64,000 bases of DNA from an uncultured Verrucomicrobiota bacterium (GTDB taxonomy: Bacteria > Verrucomicrobiota > Verrucomicrobiia > Palsa-1439): NCBI GenBank assembly GCA_903825435.1, contig CAIKAP010000081.1:13118-77117 (forward strand). Direction: 5' to 3'. The notes beneath the pieces are model-generated. The model worked only from the letters and a program-made list of their open reading frames with translations, did no database searches and was not told where the DNA came from. Position numbers and translations under genes: made by a program. Positions 63,127 through 64,000 of this stretch are shown in pieces. How positions within the stretch are numbered: the first letter of the stretch is position 1; every line of letters begins with the position of its first letter.

Positions 63127-64000
63127 CTACCTTTTCCGCAACGCGCGGCCCGCAATATCGCGCCGGTACTGCATTCCGTCAAAATGAATCCGCGCCACCG
63201 CCTCGTAGGCCCGCGCCACCGCGCCCGCGATGCCGTCCCCGAGCGCCGTCACGCCAAGCACGCGGCCACCGTCGGTCACGATTGCGCCATCTGCGCCTGC
63301 CTTCGTCCCCGCATGGAAAACCGTCACGCCTGGTAACTTTGCCGCGTCATCGAGGACGGAAATGACCTTGCCCTTCGCGTAATCACCGGGGTAACCGCCG
63401 GAGGCGAGCACGACGCAGACGGCGGCTTCCGGTTTCCACGCGAGCGTCATTTCGCCGAGCTTGCCGTCGGCGGTCGCGCGACACGCTTCCGCGAGATCAA
63501 AATCCATTCGCGGCAACACGACCTGCGTCTCCGGGTCGCCGAACCGGCAATTGTATTCGAGCAACATCGGCCCGTGATCCTTCGTCAGCATGATACCGGC
63601 GTAGAGGACGCCCCGGTAATCAATCCCGTCGGTCTGCAATCCGGCGAGGGTGCGTTCGAAAATGTTCCGGATTTGTTCCGGTGGAACTTTGTCGAGCGCC
63701 GGTGTCGGCGAATACGCGCCCATGCCGCCGGTGTTCGGGCCGGTGTCGTTGTCGCCGATACGTTTGTGGTCCTGCGCGGCGGCGAGGATGCGGAAACATT
63801 TGCCGTCGGTGAGCGCCATGACGGACGCTTCCTCGCCGACGAGACATTCCTCGACGATGAGTTGGTCGCCCGCCGCGCCGAAAACCTTCTTCTCCATGAT
63901 GTCAGCGATGGCTTGTTCCGCCTCGGCGACGGTCTGCGCGACGATGACGCCTTTGCCGGCGGCGAGGCCGTCGGCCTTGACGACGACGGGCGCGCCCCAC
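63127..64000 (-). CDS. purD: phosphoribosylamine--glycine ligase (partial, N-terminus beyond window end)
   Basis: ATP-grasp core VVKADGLAAGKGV (63898-64000, upstream of ORF-track ATG) and C-terminal PurD domain; frame open to window edge. Confidence 0.85.
   Translation of the reverse strand, partial: WGAPVVVKADGLAAGKGVIVAQTVAEAEQAIADIMEKKVFGAAGDQLIVEECLVGEEASVMALTDGKCFRILAAAQDHKRIGDNDTGPNTGGMGAYSPTPALDKVPPEQIRNIFERTLAGLQTDGIDYRGVLYAGIMLTKDHGPMLLEYNCRFGDPETQVVLPRMDFDLAEACRATADGKLGEMTLAWKPEAAVCVVLASGGYPGDYAKGKVISVLDDAAKLPGVTVFHAGTKAGADGAIVTDGGRVLGVTALGDGIAGAVARAYEAVARIHFDGMQYRRDIAGRALRKR

Overview
This is a high-GC (~62-65%) bacterial chromosomal window. It looks like a Verrucomicrobiota or Planctomycetota type genome, inferred only from gene content (sulfatases, GH127, ECF sigma + DUF3106, N-terminally extended Amt proteins). 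Most of it is ordinary core genes: an amt-glnK-amt nitrogen cluster, a short Amt with a porin, kdpABC and kdpDE, a sulfatase/GH127/MFS glycan-utilisation cluster, aat, der, nrdJ, purD and a glyA-containing fusion gene. Several lower-GC restriction-modification or defence-like cargo blocks interrupt the core. There are two MmeI-family Type IIL enzymes, one with the SAM-binding loop apparently missing. A Type II R-M pair sits inside the kdp operon. A low-GC Type IIG enzyme gene forms its own block. A DUF2130 nuclease-like gene plus an unknown gene sit next to a duplicated kdpE 3' end. A recurring 22-26 bp element occurs 13 times, 7 of them intergenic. It consists of two GTTCCGG half-sites 11 bp apart and begins with ATG, so the intergenic copies open a short MFRFCSGC-like reading frame. 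Intergenic copies border the cargo blocks: they sit at both ends of the kdp block, on both sides of the low-GC Type IIG gene, on the kdpE side of the DUF2130 block and downstream of the second MmeI-like block. They also sit in the three sigma-54 (TGGCAC-N5-TTGCA-like) amt promoter regions next to a palindromic TGACCA-N3-TGGTCA upstream site. Another unusual feature is a 21-bp-periodic array of TTGTTC-N2-GAACAA sites upstream of a large secreted-protein gene. Further unusual features are a 68-bp direct repeat flanking the whole kdp region, a single 733-codon ORF joining LMW-PTP, RpiB and GlyA, and a one-polypeptide PP2C phosphatase/Ser-Thr kinase. No rRNA, tRNA or CRISPR array was seen.
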